DNA from: Octopus sinensis
Lineage: Eukaryota
Assembly (NCBI RefSeq): GCF_006345805.1
Contig: NC_043004.1
Location: 23,994,001 to 24,058,000, forward strand
Length of the DNA stretch: 64,000 nucleotides
Direction: 5' to 3'
Within the stretch, counting starts at the first letter, position 1. Each line of letters begins with the position of its first letter. A program made the translations under genes and the position numbers. Under the pieces are notes generated by a model, which saw only the letters and a list, made by a program, of their open reading frames with translations, had not been told where the DNA came from and ran no database searches. Shown here piece after piece: positions 1-12,883 of this stretch.

Positions 1-123
1 ACTTTGCTAGCAACAGTTAAAACATTTAACTTTAGAATTTCGGCATCTCAAATGTTTCGGGTCTTCTAATTCGATCCCAAAATATGTGGCTGCAAACCGA
101 AGTTCCTAAGCCCTTAGACAAAC

Positions 124-128
124 TTGTG

Positions 129-165
<37 letters not shown>

Positions 166-166
166 C

Positions 167-216
<50 letters not shown>

Positions 217-239
217 TATCTATATATCTATCTATCTAT

Positions 240-286
<47 letters not shown>

Positions 287-465
287 ATATATATATATAT
301 ATTATATATCTATACATATATATATATATGCATATATATATATGCATATATATATATATATATGCAATATATATATTTATATATATGTATATATATGTAT
401 ATATATATATACATATATTTACATATATTATCATATATGTATATATATATTTACATATATGTATT

Positions 466-545
<80 letters not shown>

Positions 546-600
546 ATATATATATACCTGTCTGCCTCTCTCTCTCTCACTATATATAATATAGTGAGAG
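124..600. repeat. Compound microsatellite (TATC)n-(TC)n-(TA)n
   Basis: Directly visible simple repeats; they explain the IYLS/YIYI ORFs at 84-635. Confidence 0.95.
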
Positions 601-2410
601 AGAGAATTGAATTAATTTGTGCCGACTGGTTGTAGTGGACCAACGTGAAATGGAGGGCTAAGCTCAGCGACACAACCCCTTTCCCGGTCCAGTATTCGAA
701 ATTATAATCTTGCAATCATGAGTGGAACACCCTAATCACTAAGTCATGCACCTACACACTCATTCTCACACATGTATATAAACATATATTATTCATATAG
801 ATATATCCATATGAATGTTATACATATGATCAGGATCGATAGAAAATATGCAGCAACATATTCCAGGAAATGCAATGAATTTTATCTTTGAAAACATAAG
901 TTAAAAATAAAATAAGAATTTTGATAATACTCCAGAAATGTTTACCGACATGGAAGAATAAAATGTCTATTATTAATAAATACAATTATAAGAATTCTAA
1001 AAACAAGATGAACTTTAGTTTCTACAATGAAATTTCCTCCACAGAACAATGAAATAAGGCGTTTGGATATTCTAGGTTATAAGTTCATAACTAATATATT
1101 TTGAGACAACATTTTGACATTTATGAGAAATGTTCAGCTGCCATTTTAAAGGAAAGATGCCAAAGGTTCTGTTGATAGAATATGTAATGGATTTAATACT
1201 TCATTGTAAGAATACTACTCTTCTCTGCATGTTTTAACACCTGTTTTATCAGCATGATAAATAATCGCTCTGAATATAATAACTCTAGAGTCTAATGACG
1301 TTTTACCCTCTTCTGTTCTGACAAACCTATAAGAAACATGTTATCTAAAAATAAGATATATCAGTTGTTGGTGATCCTCTTAATTGTGTGTAGTATACAT
1401 TAGTTCTTAGTCTGGCGATTGAAACCTGTTAATGTTCACTCATTTAAATGAATATAAATCCGATCAACTTATACTTCCCCTCCCAAGATGACGTTCTCTT
1501 CCGATGAATTGTTTAAGGATCAGTTCCATCTGTCTGATCCATTCAAACTCGAAGAATGAAAGAGGAATGAAAGAAGTAATAGTTTCTCTATCAACTGTCG
1601 CCTTTCGCTACAAGTCACTCTGACAATTCATTCAACTGATACTGTGTATTGCATCAGTATTAAAATATACAATTGAAAATACAATTCGAAACTGCTGTTA
1701 CACTTTTCTAAATGTTTACTGTGTGCTTTAGGATAACTTGAAGTTACTTTCTCACAACTGCTTGATAATGGACACCAAGAAAACAGAAATTTAAGATCGC
1801 ATTGTCTTCCATTTTTTTTCTTTCTCATGTTTGAAGATTTAGTGTAAAAAAAATCGATGCTTCGTACGTGATGCTTGAAATTCATGAAAAACACAGAGAT
1901 AATGACAAACATAACAAGTCCAGAAACTGAGAAGTTCATTGTTGCCATTTTATTGGAGCTACATTTAGCATACGTCTACAAGAGGAAAACTAAAAAACAA
2001 GTGTATTGAATTGCAGTTCAGAAAATAAACAAAACTAATTTATAAGAGGAAGAACTACAACAAGCGAAACAATTTATATGATTAACTTAAAGATACACGT
2101 CGAACTTTATGTGTCTAGAATTGGGTCTGTTTTATCATTTCAACGATAAAAAACGACTTAGTAAAAAATTAGCTAGAAAATCGTATGAAAATCGTCCAAA
2201 TAGGTTCCTAAATGTCTGGAATATAAATCAAAGAAATAATATGAGACTTTTTCATAACGTGAATATATAGTTCCCTTCATTGAGTTGTCTATCTAACATT
2301 AGTTAATTTTTATGTTCCTATAAAGTTACAACGATGAATACAATAAAGCAAAGTGAAAAAGTACACAAACAACGAGAAAAAAAAAAACAAACATTTATAT
2401 GAACATACAC

Positions 2411-2637
2411 GCATGCTTGGTAGAAACGTTAGCACGCCGGGCGAAATTCGTAGCCGTATTTCGTCTGTCGTTACGTTCCGAGTTCAAATTCCGCCGAGGT
2501 CGACTTTGCCTTTCGTCCTTTCGGGGTCGATAAATTAAGTACCAGTTACGCACTGGGGTCGATGTAATCGACTTAATCCCTTTGTCCGTCCTTGTTTGTC
2601 CCCTCTGTGTTTAGCCCCTTGTGGGTAGTAAAGAAAT
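2411..2637 (+). mobile_element. tRNA-derived SINE, family A (octopus-type)
   Basis: Head ttggtagaaacgttagcacgccggg, B-box-like gagttcaaattcc, body ggtcgactttgcctttc...ggggtcgataaattaagtaccag; same family at 15202, 20337, 24933, 51040, 55360. Confidence 0.85.
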
Positions 2638-2820
2638 ATATATATATATGCAAACAGAGTTTACTGTTCCATTAAGGTAGGAGCAACTCCATCCAGTGAG
2701 AGATAAATATCATTTAACGAACACTCCTAGCAATGTTAGGGCTCGGGAAACATGGATAGTTCTATCTGAAAACCAGCACCATGTGTGTGCATGTAACTAT
2801 GCATGTATACACACACACAC

Positions 2821-2869
<49 letters not shown>

Positions 2870-3131
2870 ACACACATATATAATATATATATATATATAT
2901 ATATACGAGACCGATAGACTGAGTACCAAGCTTATATAAAAATTTAAGCACAGTATTCGATTCATTCCACTAAATAATTTCAAGGCGCTGTACCAGCATG
3001 GCCGCAGTCTAATGACAGAAATAATTAAAAGATAAATGATAAAAAATCATATGATAAGTATGTATGTATGTGTGTAGTATATATTTATATCTATATCTAT
3101 ATATCTATGTGTGTGTGTGTGTGTGTGTTTG

Positions 3132-3163
<32 letters not shown>

Positions 3164-3343
3164 TTCGAGAGTGAACGATATTTATTTGATTCCTGAAAAA
3201 ACAACTATTCGTTAAACAAGACACATTATTTGACAAGTGTAGTCAAAAATCGATGCATCATACACAGGATCAAATAGCATACAGAAAAACTATTTAGTCA
3301 GCAATTCTCTCTCTTCGCGGACTTAGTGATTTGATAGCTTTAT

Positions 3344-3374
<31 letters not shown>

Positions 3375-3375
<1 letters not shown>

Positions 3376-3583
3376 AAAGGGTAAAGACCCCCTTGGTCAT
3401 GAATGACCATGGGATTCCACCTAAAAAGTTACCCTCCTAGACACAAGTCCGGGCAAGGTTGTTTATGGAAGACCAGCAGTCGCCCCATGCATACCAGCCT
3501 CCCCTCTCCACGCCACCAGTGTTATCCAAGGGAAAGACAAAGGTCGATACAGCTTGGCACCAGTGGACGTCGCAACTCATTTC
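3375..3583 (-). mobile_element. Interspersed repeat fragment, probably the 3' part of a family-C-like SINE, flanked by (TA)n
   Basis: GC-richer island between two TA microsatellites that I recall as an octopus interspersed repeat; strand and family are inferred. Confidence 0.4.
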
Positions 3584-3623
3584 TATATATTATATATTAT
3601 ATATATAATATATATATATATAT

Positions 3624-3670
<47 letters not shown>

Positions 3671-4345
3671 TATATATTATATATATATTATATATATTAT
3701 TATATATATATTTATTATATATATTATATATATATATATGTGTGTGTATATATGTGTGTGTGTGGTATGTGCCTCTTGCGTGCACCGTGCGTGGGTGATT
3801 AAGACTAAGTGCGTGTGTTTGTACGTATGTACCCGTTTATAATAAAAATAATAATAGCAATAATAATTGTAATTAACGCCTTGTTATCTGCAGTAAACAA
3901 AAGTATTCCAGCCATACCCTTCCCGCATTTCCTGTTTTATAGATTACATTATCTGTTATGTGCCTCCAATATTTAGGACAGTACGTAATAATTTGAAGAA
4001 GCGCTAACTACTATGTCTAGAGGTCGGGTGACACTGTAATAGCAGGCTTGTTTGTAAAATCTCTCAAATTCGCCTCAGTAGGTTCCGTTTCCCATGCGTC
4101 TACTCATGGTAAATTCTATAGCATACAATTCAGAACTGGATTTAATCAATTGTACTGCTGACAATACTTCTATTTTCATATTAATAATAGTTGCATAAGG
4201 AGAGGCTACGGGTATTATAGACGTTCACATCAAATCTAATGCTTATCAGTTTCAGTCAAAATATTGAGTCTCATGCCGACGTCAGAATGAGGTTAGAAAT
4301 ATCAGTAGCAGATGCAGTATAGTTAATATAAAGCGGCAATAGATA

Positions 4346-4398
<53 letters not shown>

Positions 4399-4519
4399 TA
4401 CTACTACAACTACTACTACTACTCCACACACGCACACATACACACATAAACATGAACGCACACATACACATATAGATATAGATAGGTGTATGTATATATA
4501 TATATGTTGAATCGCTAGC

Positions 4520-4710
4520 TTCTGCACGCATATTTTTCTCTCCTTGTTTCTCTCCGTGTTTCTTTTCTGTGTATCTTTCTGTCAAGAGCGTAGGCTCGAA
4601 ACGTAAAAGACTTATTTTATTTATAATCCTGAGCGGATACTAATACAATTGTTTGTTTTGTGGTACTTCACCTGCCTTCGTTTTGTTTATTTTCATAAAG
4701 CTTCCCGTTA
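4520..4710 (+). mobile_element. Penelope-like terminal-repeat fragment with degenerate hammerhead-like motif (4574-4610)
   Basis: CT-rich lead, then TCTTT-CTGTCAA-GAGC GTAG GCTC-GAA ACGT A-AAAGA; homologous copy at 6760-6925. Confidence 0.55.
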
Positions 4711-4741
4711 ATATATATATATATATATATATAATATATTA

Positions 4742-4776
<35 letters not shown>

Positions 4777-5120
4777 CTTTTAGATAACACCTACGCAAAT
4801 TCCATAAACAAAAATTCCAAAAAGAAATATTTTCATGAATTGAACAGCGATTGCTACCATCCACTGACCATTCAAATTACTACTATCATGGCACTCCCAA
4901 ATTATTATTATTATTCTTCCCCTTCTCCTCCTCCTCCTTCTTCTTCTTTTCCTTCTTCTTCCTCCCTACCAAGAATTCACAACGACCTCGAACCCAGATG
5001 AGTAAACAAGAGACAGAGACAGGCAGAAACAAGGAAAATGCCACTTGTACTTGAACACTATACAAATATTCTTTTAAAAGAACTTTTCTTTTAATTTTTC
5101 TGAATTTAATTATTTAATTG

Positions 5121-5162
5121 TTACAGTTGAAAAAATCTCAATGACCGAAACTGGTACTGAAA
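5121..5162 (+). ncRNA. Degenerate minimal hammerhead-like motif
   Basis: TTACAG-TTGAAAA-AATC TCAAT GACC-GAA ACTGGT A-CTGAAA; 3' core and helix III intact, CUGANGA box and helix II mutated. Confidence 0.4.
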
Positions 5163-5228
5163 TGTTTTTTATAAAATTATTTTAGCAGTTTTTATCTTGA
5201 CTTTTTTTTTACATATATGTATATATAT

Positions 5229-5510
5229 GAAGGCGCGTGGCTTGGTGGATAGGGCATTCGGCTCACGATTGTAAGGTCGTGTACTCAAATCCGGGCGACG
5301 CGTTGTGTCCTTCATCAAGACACTTAATTTCATGTTGCTCCAGTCCACTCACCTGGCAAAAATGAGTAGTACCTGTATTTCAAAGGGCTGGCCTTGTTAC
5401 ACTCTCTGTCATGCTGCATCTCCCCGAGGACTACGTTAAGGGTTCACGTGTCTGTGTTGTGCTCAGCCACTTGCACGTTAATTTCATGAACAAGCTGTTC
5501 TGTTGAATTG
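5229..5510 (+). mobile_element. tRNA-derived SINE, family C
   Basis: A-box-like tggcttggtgg, B-box-like actcaaatcc, then tgtgtccttcatcaagacactt...gctccagtccactcacctggcaaaaatgagt. Confidence 0.8.
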
Positions 5511-5586
5511 CTCCTTCTATATATAATCAATAATATAATCAATAATAAATCTTAGAGCGAGTTATAAACAGTAGTTGCAACACATC

Positions 5587-6049
5587 GTGACGTATATTTG
5601 CCATTTAAATATGACTAAACCCTAAGGGTGTCTGCTACTGTAGTTTGTAGCCCCAGAAGGACACCTCCTCCAGCTGGCTATAGACACACTTTCTGTTCCC
5701 TATCAGTATTTGCAAAGGGAAGCCATCCTTCCCGTCTCCAACTTATGATACACACGGACTCGAGTTTCTGGTTATTGACCCGTCATCGGCGTGTGACAAT
5801 CACAGTTGTCGAGGAAAAGTAGGTTCCCTTCACAAATACATATACTTTTTCCAGTATCGTAACTCCAGAAACTCGAGTCCGTGTATATCATAAGTTGGAG
5901 ACGGGAAGGATGGCTTCCCTTTGCAAATACTGATAGGGCACAGAAAGTGTGTCTATAGCCAGCTGGAGGAGGTGTCCTCCTGGGGCTACAAACTACAGTA
6001 GCATCCACCCTTAGGGGTTTGCCATATTTAAATGGCAAATATACGTCAC
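5587..6049. mobile_element. MITE / fold-back element with 185-bp inverted arms
   Basis: 5587-5771 is the reverse complement of 5865-6049 (about 95%, several substitutions) around a 93-bp spacer; ends gtgacgtatatttgcc...ggcaaatatacgtcac. Confidence 0.8.
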
Positions 6050-6683
6050 TATATATATATATATATGCGTATGTGGTGGTGCCTTTATATTTATAGATAT
6101 AGATATACACATTATATAGATATATATGTGTGTAAATATGTATGCCCACGTGCTTACGTTCATACATACATATATAGGTATCGATAGGTATATATATGTA
6201 TATATATCCGTATGTGGTGCCTGTATGCTTATAGATATAGACATACCCTTATGTATAAATATACTGTATATGTGTGTAAATACACTGTATACATATACTG
6301 GTACATACGTAATAAGATACACACACACACATTTGCATCACAGCATGCAACAGAGTCTATATGGATTATTCAAATGTATATGTTCCAATATTAATATATT
6401 CGTTCGTTTTGTTAATCTTTTCCCTAGATAAACATAAGTTATAATTCCTCGGAATTTTAAAGACACTCACATACATTTATGCATGAACGGGAAAAATCAC
6501 AATTAACCGGGCGCACGTGCATTTGTGTGTTTAGAAAGGACATGTAAAACTATAATCATTGATGTTTAACTAATGAAGCTATTGAATTGTACGCGCACCA
6601 AACGACAATGACACACTACACTTGCTTCAGCTAGATGTGTAGTTAATCACTTACGTTGAGATCACTTAAGCACCAACAAGACC

Positions 6684-6715
<32 letters not shown>

Positions 6716-6759
6716 ACATATATACACACACACACATAGATTGGTAGCCACTACACACA

Positions 6760-6919
6760 TTTTTTTCTCTCCTTGTTTCTCCCTTTGTTTCTTTCTGTCT
6801 TCCTGTCTGTGGAAGAGCGTAGGCTCAAACCTAAAAGACTTTTTCAATTCCCGAGCGTTATACTAATACATCTGTTTGTTTTCTACACCACCGTCTTCGC
6901 TTTTTTTTTCGTGAATTGT

Positions 6920-6925
<6 letters not shown>
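6760..6925 (+). mobile_element. Second copy of the Penelope-like terminal repeat seen at 4520
   Basis: Shares tttttctctccttgtttctc...aagagcgtaggctc...aaaagact...atactaataca...tgtttgtttt...cttcg; the hammerhead 3' core has decayed to AAACC. Confidence 0.55.
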
Positions 6926-7001
<76 letters not shown>

Positions 7002-7611
7002 GTTTGAAAATGCAATTTTAAAGATGTTTTTTTTTTCACTTGACCGATTTCACTTTTTTAGAAAAAGATTGTCAAAAGTAAAATGGAAAGCTTTGTATAA
7101 GCTTTGTTATGTTAAGTAGTGGTTGTCACACAAGTATTAAAATGCATATATACATTCTTTGATACTAATAAGAAAATGTTAAAAATAGTTTACAAGGAAA
7201 CATCTGAGAAAATATTAAACAAAAAGTTCGATAAAAATCATGTTTGTTTGGAAATATCTATATACCTTACAACTTCACTTTGTTATGTATATATATATAT
7301 ATATATATATATACAAACACATATTCATAGTTATATGCATACATATTTGACTTGGAATGGTGACTCTTATAGTGGTAACTTCGAATTGCGTCCGACTGAA
7401 GACGTTAGTTTGTTTCCCAAAACTAAAGATATTAATTATGATATACAAGCAAACGATCTGTATTCGGTCACACTGTACGTTATACTTGAAGAATCATAAT
7501 GTAGCTTTGTGTTTATGAATATGTTGTAAGTGTAAAGGAATTGGGACGACGTAGAATGATCCGAACGTCCATCATATGCATACACATATAAGGATTTTGT
7601 ATACATATATT

Positions 7612-7658
<47 letters not shown>

Positions 7659-8059
7659 GTGTGTGCATGTGTGTGTACACACACACACACACACAGACAT
7701 AAGAAATTCTTTTCTGCAATGCTGGATCTCAGAGCAAATAAAGCTATAATAAAAGTTGGGCTAAAATGCCCTGTATGTGTGTGCGTACGTGTGTGTGTGT
7801 GTGTGCTTCTGCGTGCGTGTGTGTGTGCTTCTGCGTGCGTGTGTGTGTGCATCTTTAAATGTGTGTGTCTCTGTTGATATTTACTATACTAAACTTATGT
7901 ACTGTATTGCGTCCCTCTATGTCAAATGTGTTATCTAATTATCCGATATCTTCGAATCAATAAAATAGGCATTATCCTGATATAAGTACTAGTGTCAAAC
8001 TCCTGTATGACTGCAATCGACTCACTGAACAAGTAAAGAATGAAAGAATATTAGCACTC

Positions 8060-8265
8060 ATACATACTCCACTTCTCCCCGCCTCTTTCTCACCTTCTTT
8101 CCCTATTTCCCTCTTTCCACCTTCTCTTCATCTATCTGCAACCTTCCCCCCTTTTCTCTCCCATTTTCTCTCATTCTCTCCCCCACCTTTTCTCCCTCTC
8201 TCTTCCACCTTCTTTCCCTCTCTTTCTCTCACTGCCTCTCATTTTCTCTCTTTTCTCTTTTAATC
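8060..8265 (+). repeat. Polypyrimidine (CT-rich) tract
   Basis: About 200 bp almost entirely C/T on the + strand. Confidence 0.8.
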
Positions 8266-8643
8266 CAAAGTCTCTCGCGTGTTTATCTAGCGTATGGATA
8301 CTAGTTTTAATAATTATATTAAAATTTTCTGCAGAGGAGAATTTTCTTGGAAGTTAATCGTATTAGTAACTCTTGCCAAAGGAATTCAATTTTTCTTATG
8401 GAAATCGATAAGTATTGAAAACATTATAGAGAAGAAATTTGGTATGAAAAATAAGGCCATAGCTTTCCACCACTTGACATGTTAAAATAATTTCACAGTT
8501 CACGAATCAGAGTGCGAATCTCTCCAGGGTCACTTTCCGGGTATATTTCCTCAAATCACATCCTACCGTCTTCAAGCAAAGCAATTGTAGGCGACGTTGT
8601 GTTTGATATATTTTGCAAAAAAATTCTTTCTAATATTTGATGA

Positions 8644-8825
8644 GACGCGTAGGAGTGGCTCTGTGGTAAGTAGCTTGCTTACGAACCACATGGTTTCGGG
8701 TTCAGTCCCACTGTGTGGCACCTTGGGTAAGTGTCTTCTACTATAGCCTCGGGCCGACCAAAGCCTTGTCAGTGGATTTGGTAGACAGAAACTGAAAGCC
8801 CGTCGTATATATGTATATGTATATG

Positions 8826-8906
<81 letters not shown>

Positions 8907-9125
8907 GTGCATATATTTGTGTGTCTGTGTTTGCCCCCCCCCACATCACTTGACAACTGATGCTGGTGTATTTATGTCCCCGTAACTTAGCGGTTCGCCC
9001 ATTGAATGTTGTGGAGACCGATAGAATAAGTGCTGGGGTCGATTTGCTCGACTAAAGACAGTGCTCAGGCATGGCCACAGTCCCATGATTGAAACAAGTA
9101 AAAGAGTAAAAGAGAAAAGAGTAAA
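8644..9125 (+). mobile_element. tRNA-derived SINE, family B, with internal microsatellite and (AGTAAAAG)n tail
   Basis: aggagtggctctgtggtaagtagcttgct...gggttcagtcccactg...gccgaccaaagccttg...gatttggtagac; same family at 27281, 40853, 48270, 56227, 58000. Confidence 0.9.
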
Positions 9126-9153
9126 GAGATGGATACATCGAAACCGGTTATAA
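9124..9153 (+). ncRNA. 3' portion of a minimal hammerhead motif abutting the SINE tail
   Basis: AAGA-GATG GATA CATC-GAA ACCGGT T-ATAA: perfect 4-bp helix II and palindromic helix III; the 5' CUG and helix I strand are missing. Confidence 0.45.
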
Positions 9154-9916
9154 TTTAAATCTTTCACTGTAACAAAAACATCAAAACCATTCTCTAAAAT
9201 ATACTCTTATGCTTTTTTACAACTTTATTTTTTTAACGTCATGGTATATGACATGTCTTGCACATTTTCAGACATAGTAGAGTGAAATACCCCCTGGTCT
9301 TACTAAAACAGTTTCCTCAGGCAAACAGACAGTATAACAGAGAGACAGTTAGCAGCAAAGAGAGAGAGGAGGAAGAAAGGGAGGAAAGTTTAAGAAACGG
9401 TGCGTGGTATTATATGAATTGCAAAAATTTTGTAAAGGAAATTTGACTGATTAGTATATGAATTCAGAGTGTATAGTGGCGGAGAATCGTCTGTTCTATG
9501 CCTCACTGAATCTGAAAATTGACAAACCTGTTCAAGATACACAAACCGACGGGCTGGTCATAATCACAATGATTTTGACAAGATTCCTGCTCAGTGAAGC
9601 TATTTTAAAGTAGTTTACAAATAAACATTATGCAGGGACAGCTATTAGAGTCGTTTTACCAGTAAAACAAATCCAAACACAAATTAATTCCCGCTTTGAT
9701 GCTTCAAGCTACAGGCTACATTTGTTGTTGCTGCTGCTGTTGCTGCTGCTGTTATTGTCTCGCTGTTTACTGTAGGCTAAGTTCTGATCGAGTGACTGTA
9801 TAGTCAAATGCATTACGAATTTCAACAGGATTGTTCCTATACAATCCTATTTAAGATACACAGAGCCGCATTAATATATATGCGCGTCTGTGTGAGTGTG
9901 TATGTCTACGTGCATA

Positions 9917-9961
<45 letters not shown>

Positions 9962-10013
9962 CATACATATATATGTATGTGTGTGGGCATATATATATAT
10001 ATATATATATATG

Positions 10014-10107
<94 letters not shown>

Positions 10108-10546
10108 TAACCGGAGGTTGAGTTCAATTGTTAGTGTAACCCTGATGCCCTAGTAATCTGATCTACTAGCTTCATTTATTTGCGATGATTTGTGGATTTA
10201 CAAATGTATTGTATAATATCATGCATGCTTATACAGACATGTAAACAGTGGAATTGTTACTAAATGAAGGAGTCTGCTAATCGGCGTACCCATAGGGATG
10301 TAAACTTGTTTAATAAATATATTCATATTTCTTACTTCCTGACATTTTTTGATTTATAAACACACCCCATGATGTATTTATATCGATCGGATATATTGGA
10401 TTTCAGCAACATGGGTATTTTGTGTAATACCACTGGGTTATAATGTGCTCTGTTATCCAAGTCGTTTACATAAGCTTTCTGTGATAGGCACATGATTCTC
10501 TGAATCCATATCTTAAACCCAAAATTTACAGAGGAATATATATATA

Positions 10547-10903
10547 CTAGCACTATGACCCGGCGTTGCCGGGTCATAGTGCTAGTGCATGCATATACAG
10601 CTGCGTGCGCACATACACGCGAGTACTGTCCAAATCTCCCACCAATCACATACAGTTAGCTGGCATTCAATTGGCGTATCAAGTTTCGGGCATTTTGATT
10701 GGGTTTTGGATAGACAATTCACAAGAAAGTCACTTCTATTGATTTCTAATGGCTTTGCGGGGTCACTGGGGAAATGTAAAGATGTGCACGACCACCCTTG
10801 GACGGTTTTAAATGACCATAGAAAGTACGAACCCTCTAACTGAAAAATTGTGGATTTATATAAAAGATACACACACACAGAGGCAGACATTTTACCGTTT
10901 ATA

Positions 10904-10940
<37 letters not shown>
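10547..10940 (-). mobile_element. Non-autonomous Helitron
   Basis: Minus strand starts in (TA)n-TAAACGGTAAAATGTCTGCCTCTGTGTG and ends ...CCCGGCAACGCCGGGTCATAGTGCTAG followed by T (hairpin plus CTAG/T); no TSD seen. Confidence 0.75.
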
Positions 10941-10944
<4 letters not shown>

Positions 10945-11341
10945 CATAAGGGCATGCACATGCGTCTGATTGCTAGAGGTAACAGTTATGACCCTCATTT
11001 AAACCACCAATAATGACACGGTATTTAAGTACTCATTTCTGAATATTTGCTCTTTATATATATATATATATATATATTTAAAATAATAATGGTGAAAAAT
11101 TGAATATTAATTTGATTAATATCAATTTAAAACCAGTGATCTAGCATATAGAAAAGTCTGAAGATTCAGAAAAATTGTATTACATACATATAAGAGGGAT
11201 GACCACTAAGTGGATATCTATAGACTAGAAGTAGCCACCCTATGGTCTTACCACTAAGAAAGGAATGTTCTCAAGAAAATTTAGCAAACGCCAGAACGTC
11301 GGCGAGCAAGACAAATGAAAATATAGAAAATATACAGATTA

Positions 11342-11393
11342 ATCACAGACCAGTTTCGTTGCTACCACTTACGTAATCACTCATCAGTGTGAT
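11342..11393 (-). ncRNA. Minimal type I hammerhead ribozyme motif with intact core
   Basis: Minus strand: ATCACA CTGATGA GTGATTAC GTAAGTG GTAGCAAC GAA ACTGGT C TGTGAT; 6-bp helix I, G10.1-C11.1 pair, GUC site; helix II partly mismatched. Confidence 0.7.
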
Positions 11394-11522
11394 CGTCATA
11401 GCAAAATATGATTTTCAGAACTATACACGAGACGTCCGCATGAGATTGAGCATGTATAAAGTTCTACTCCAAATGTAATTGGTAGAATTATTACTTAGTG
11501 GCCATCCCTCTTATATTTGTGA

Positions 11523-11555
<33 letters not shown>

Positions 11556-12846
11556 ATATATACATACACACATATATACATATTGAAAAAGTTCGTTATA
11601 GGTATAAAGATACCAAAAATAAGTATAAAAATGGAGAAACGATGTTAAAATCAAAATTGGATTTAATACATGCGAACGTTTCAAAAGACAATACAAATAT
11701 GTAAGAAAAAATTATAATAATAATTATTCTAATTAAAGTTATGTATTGTCATTCTCATTCAGAAAGCAGCGTAATCTCTTAGTAGTTTCTTTATTTCGCT
11801 CACAAAGTTTTGAGCCAACCTGAATCTATACTACCAGACACATGTACGAGTTATCTTGAAATGGTACCGAACTCAGAATTACATACACTCAAATATAAAG
11901 AAAACATACTCAGAAATAAATGTATCAATCAATATTTCTTTTGTCATTTAATTGTATTCTTTTAACGATTTAAATTCCATTTCAAATAACATTAACATTG
12001 TTTTGTTTTTTTTAATCTGACCAAATTATATTTTCCAGAGAAATGGAATTCTGATTGTTTTTTTTTATACCATTTTTTTTTCAAGAGCATTAGCACCCGA
12101 AGCTAACTGATGTTGGTCCAAATTCCTTTTAATAAGGTCTTAATTGATGATTAGGTGTAATATAACAGTTTTTCAGCAATTGAGGCTTTAAGCTCTATTA
12201 AAAGAAAAAAACATTTCTATGCATCCAGTTACCTAATCAACACCTGCAGAGAATAATTCGTATTTATTTGATCCCAAAGATCAGGTTATATTATTGTTGT
12301 TGTTGTTGTAGTTACTGTTGAATATCATTAAATATGCTCCAACGTACTTTAAATCCCCATTCAATTATGGAAACTAAATTTTTCAAGATTCTAAACGAAT
12401 AGAAATGCTCCATATGTTAAAACGAATTAAAATCAATGAATTCTTGGTTTTTTGTGGGGGGGGGATAGTGAATTATTCAGAAATATGACCAAAATATTTA
12501 TGATATTTGTCACAACTTCACGTTATGTTCAGCTGCATTATAAGCAATATTCACTGATTATATGTGACTAAGACCGAACAACCTGATAACATGTAATTTT
12601 GAGTTATGTGGGAAAATACGTAAATGTTAAAAGCTATTATAAGAATAAAATTGAAAAGTTCTGTATTTAGTTATGTGTAAATGGCTTTGGTGATTTTGTG
12701 GTGGTGTACAACTAAGCCAACCCTCATGGGACTAAGCAAGAATTTTCAACGACTGGGCCCGAACCTTAATTTTAATAAACAGGTGTAATAAACAGAAATT
12801 CTGAAAATATAAACGCAACACAATCAACAGTAAACTACTATATTAT

Positions 12847-12883
<37 letters not shown>

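Noticed and set aside
84-635. 183-aa and overlapping long ORFs, and all similar YIYI/THTH/CVCV/IYLS ORFs across the window
   Set aside because: They are translations of stop-free dinucleotide and tetranucleotide microsatellites.
930-1200. Possible Penelope RT remnant (MKF..QNNEIRRLDILGYK)
   Set aside because: Only one weak motif; too decayed to support without a profile search.
7330-7499. Protein-like frame WNGDSYSGNFELRPTEDVSLFPKTKDINYDIQANDLYSV
   Set aside because: No recognisable family, a weak acceptor, and it starts in microsatellite flank; cannot be told from chance.
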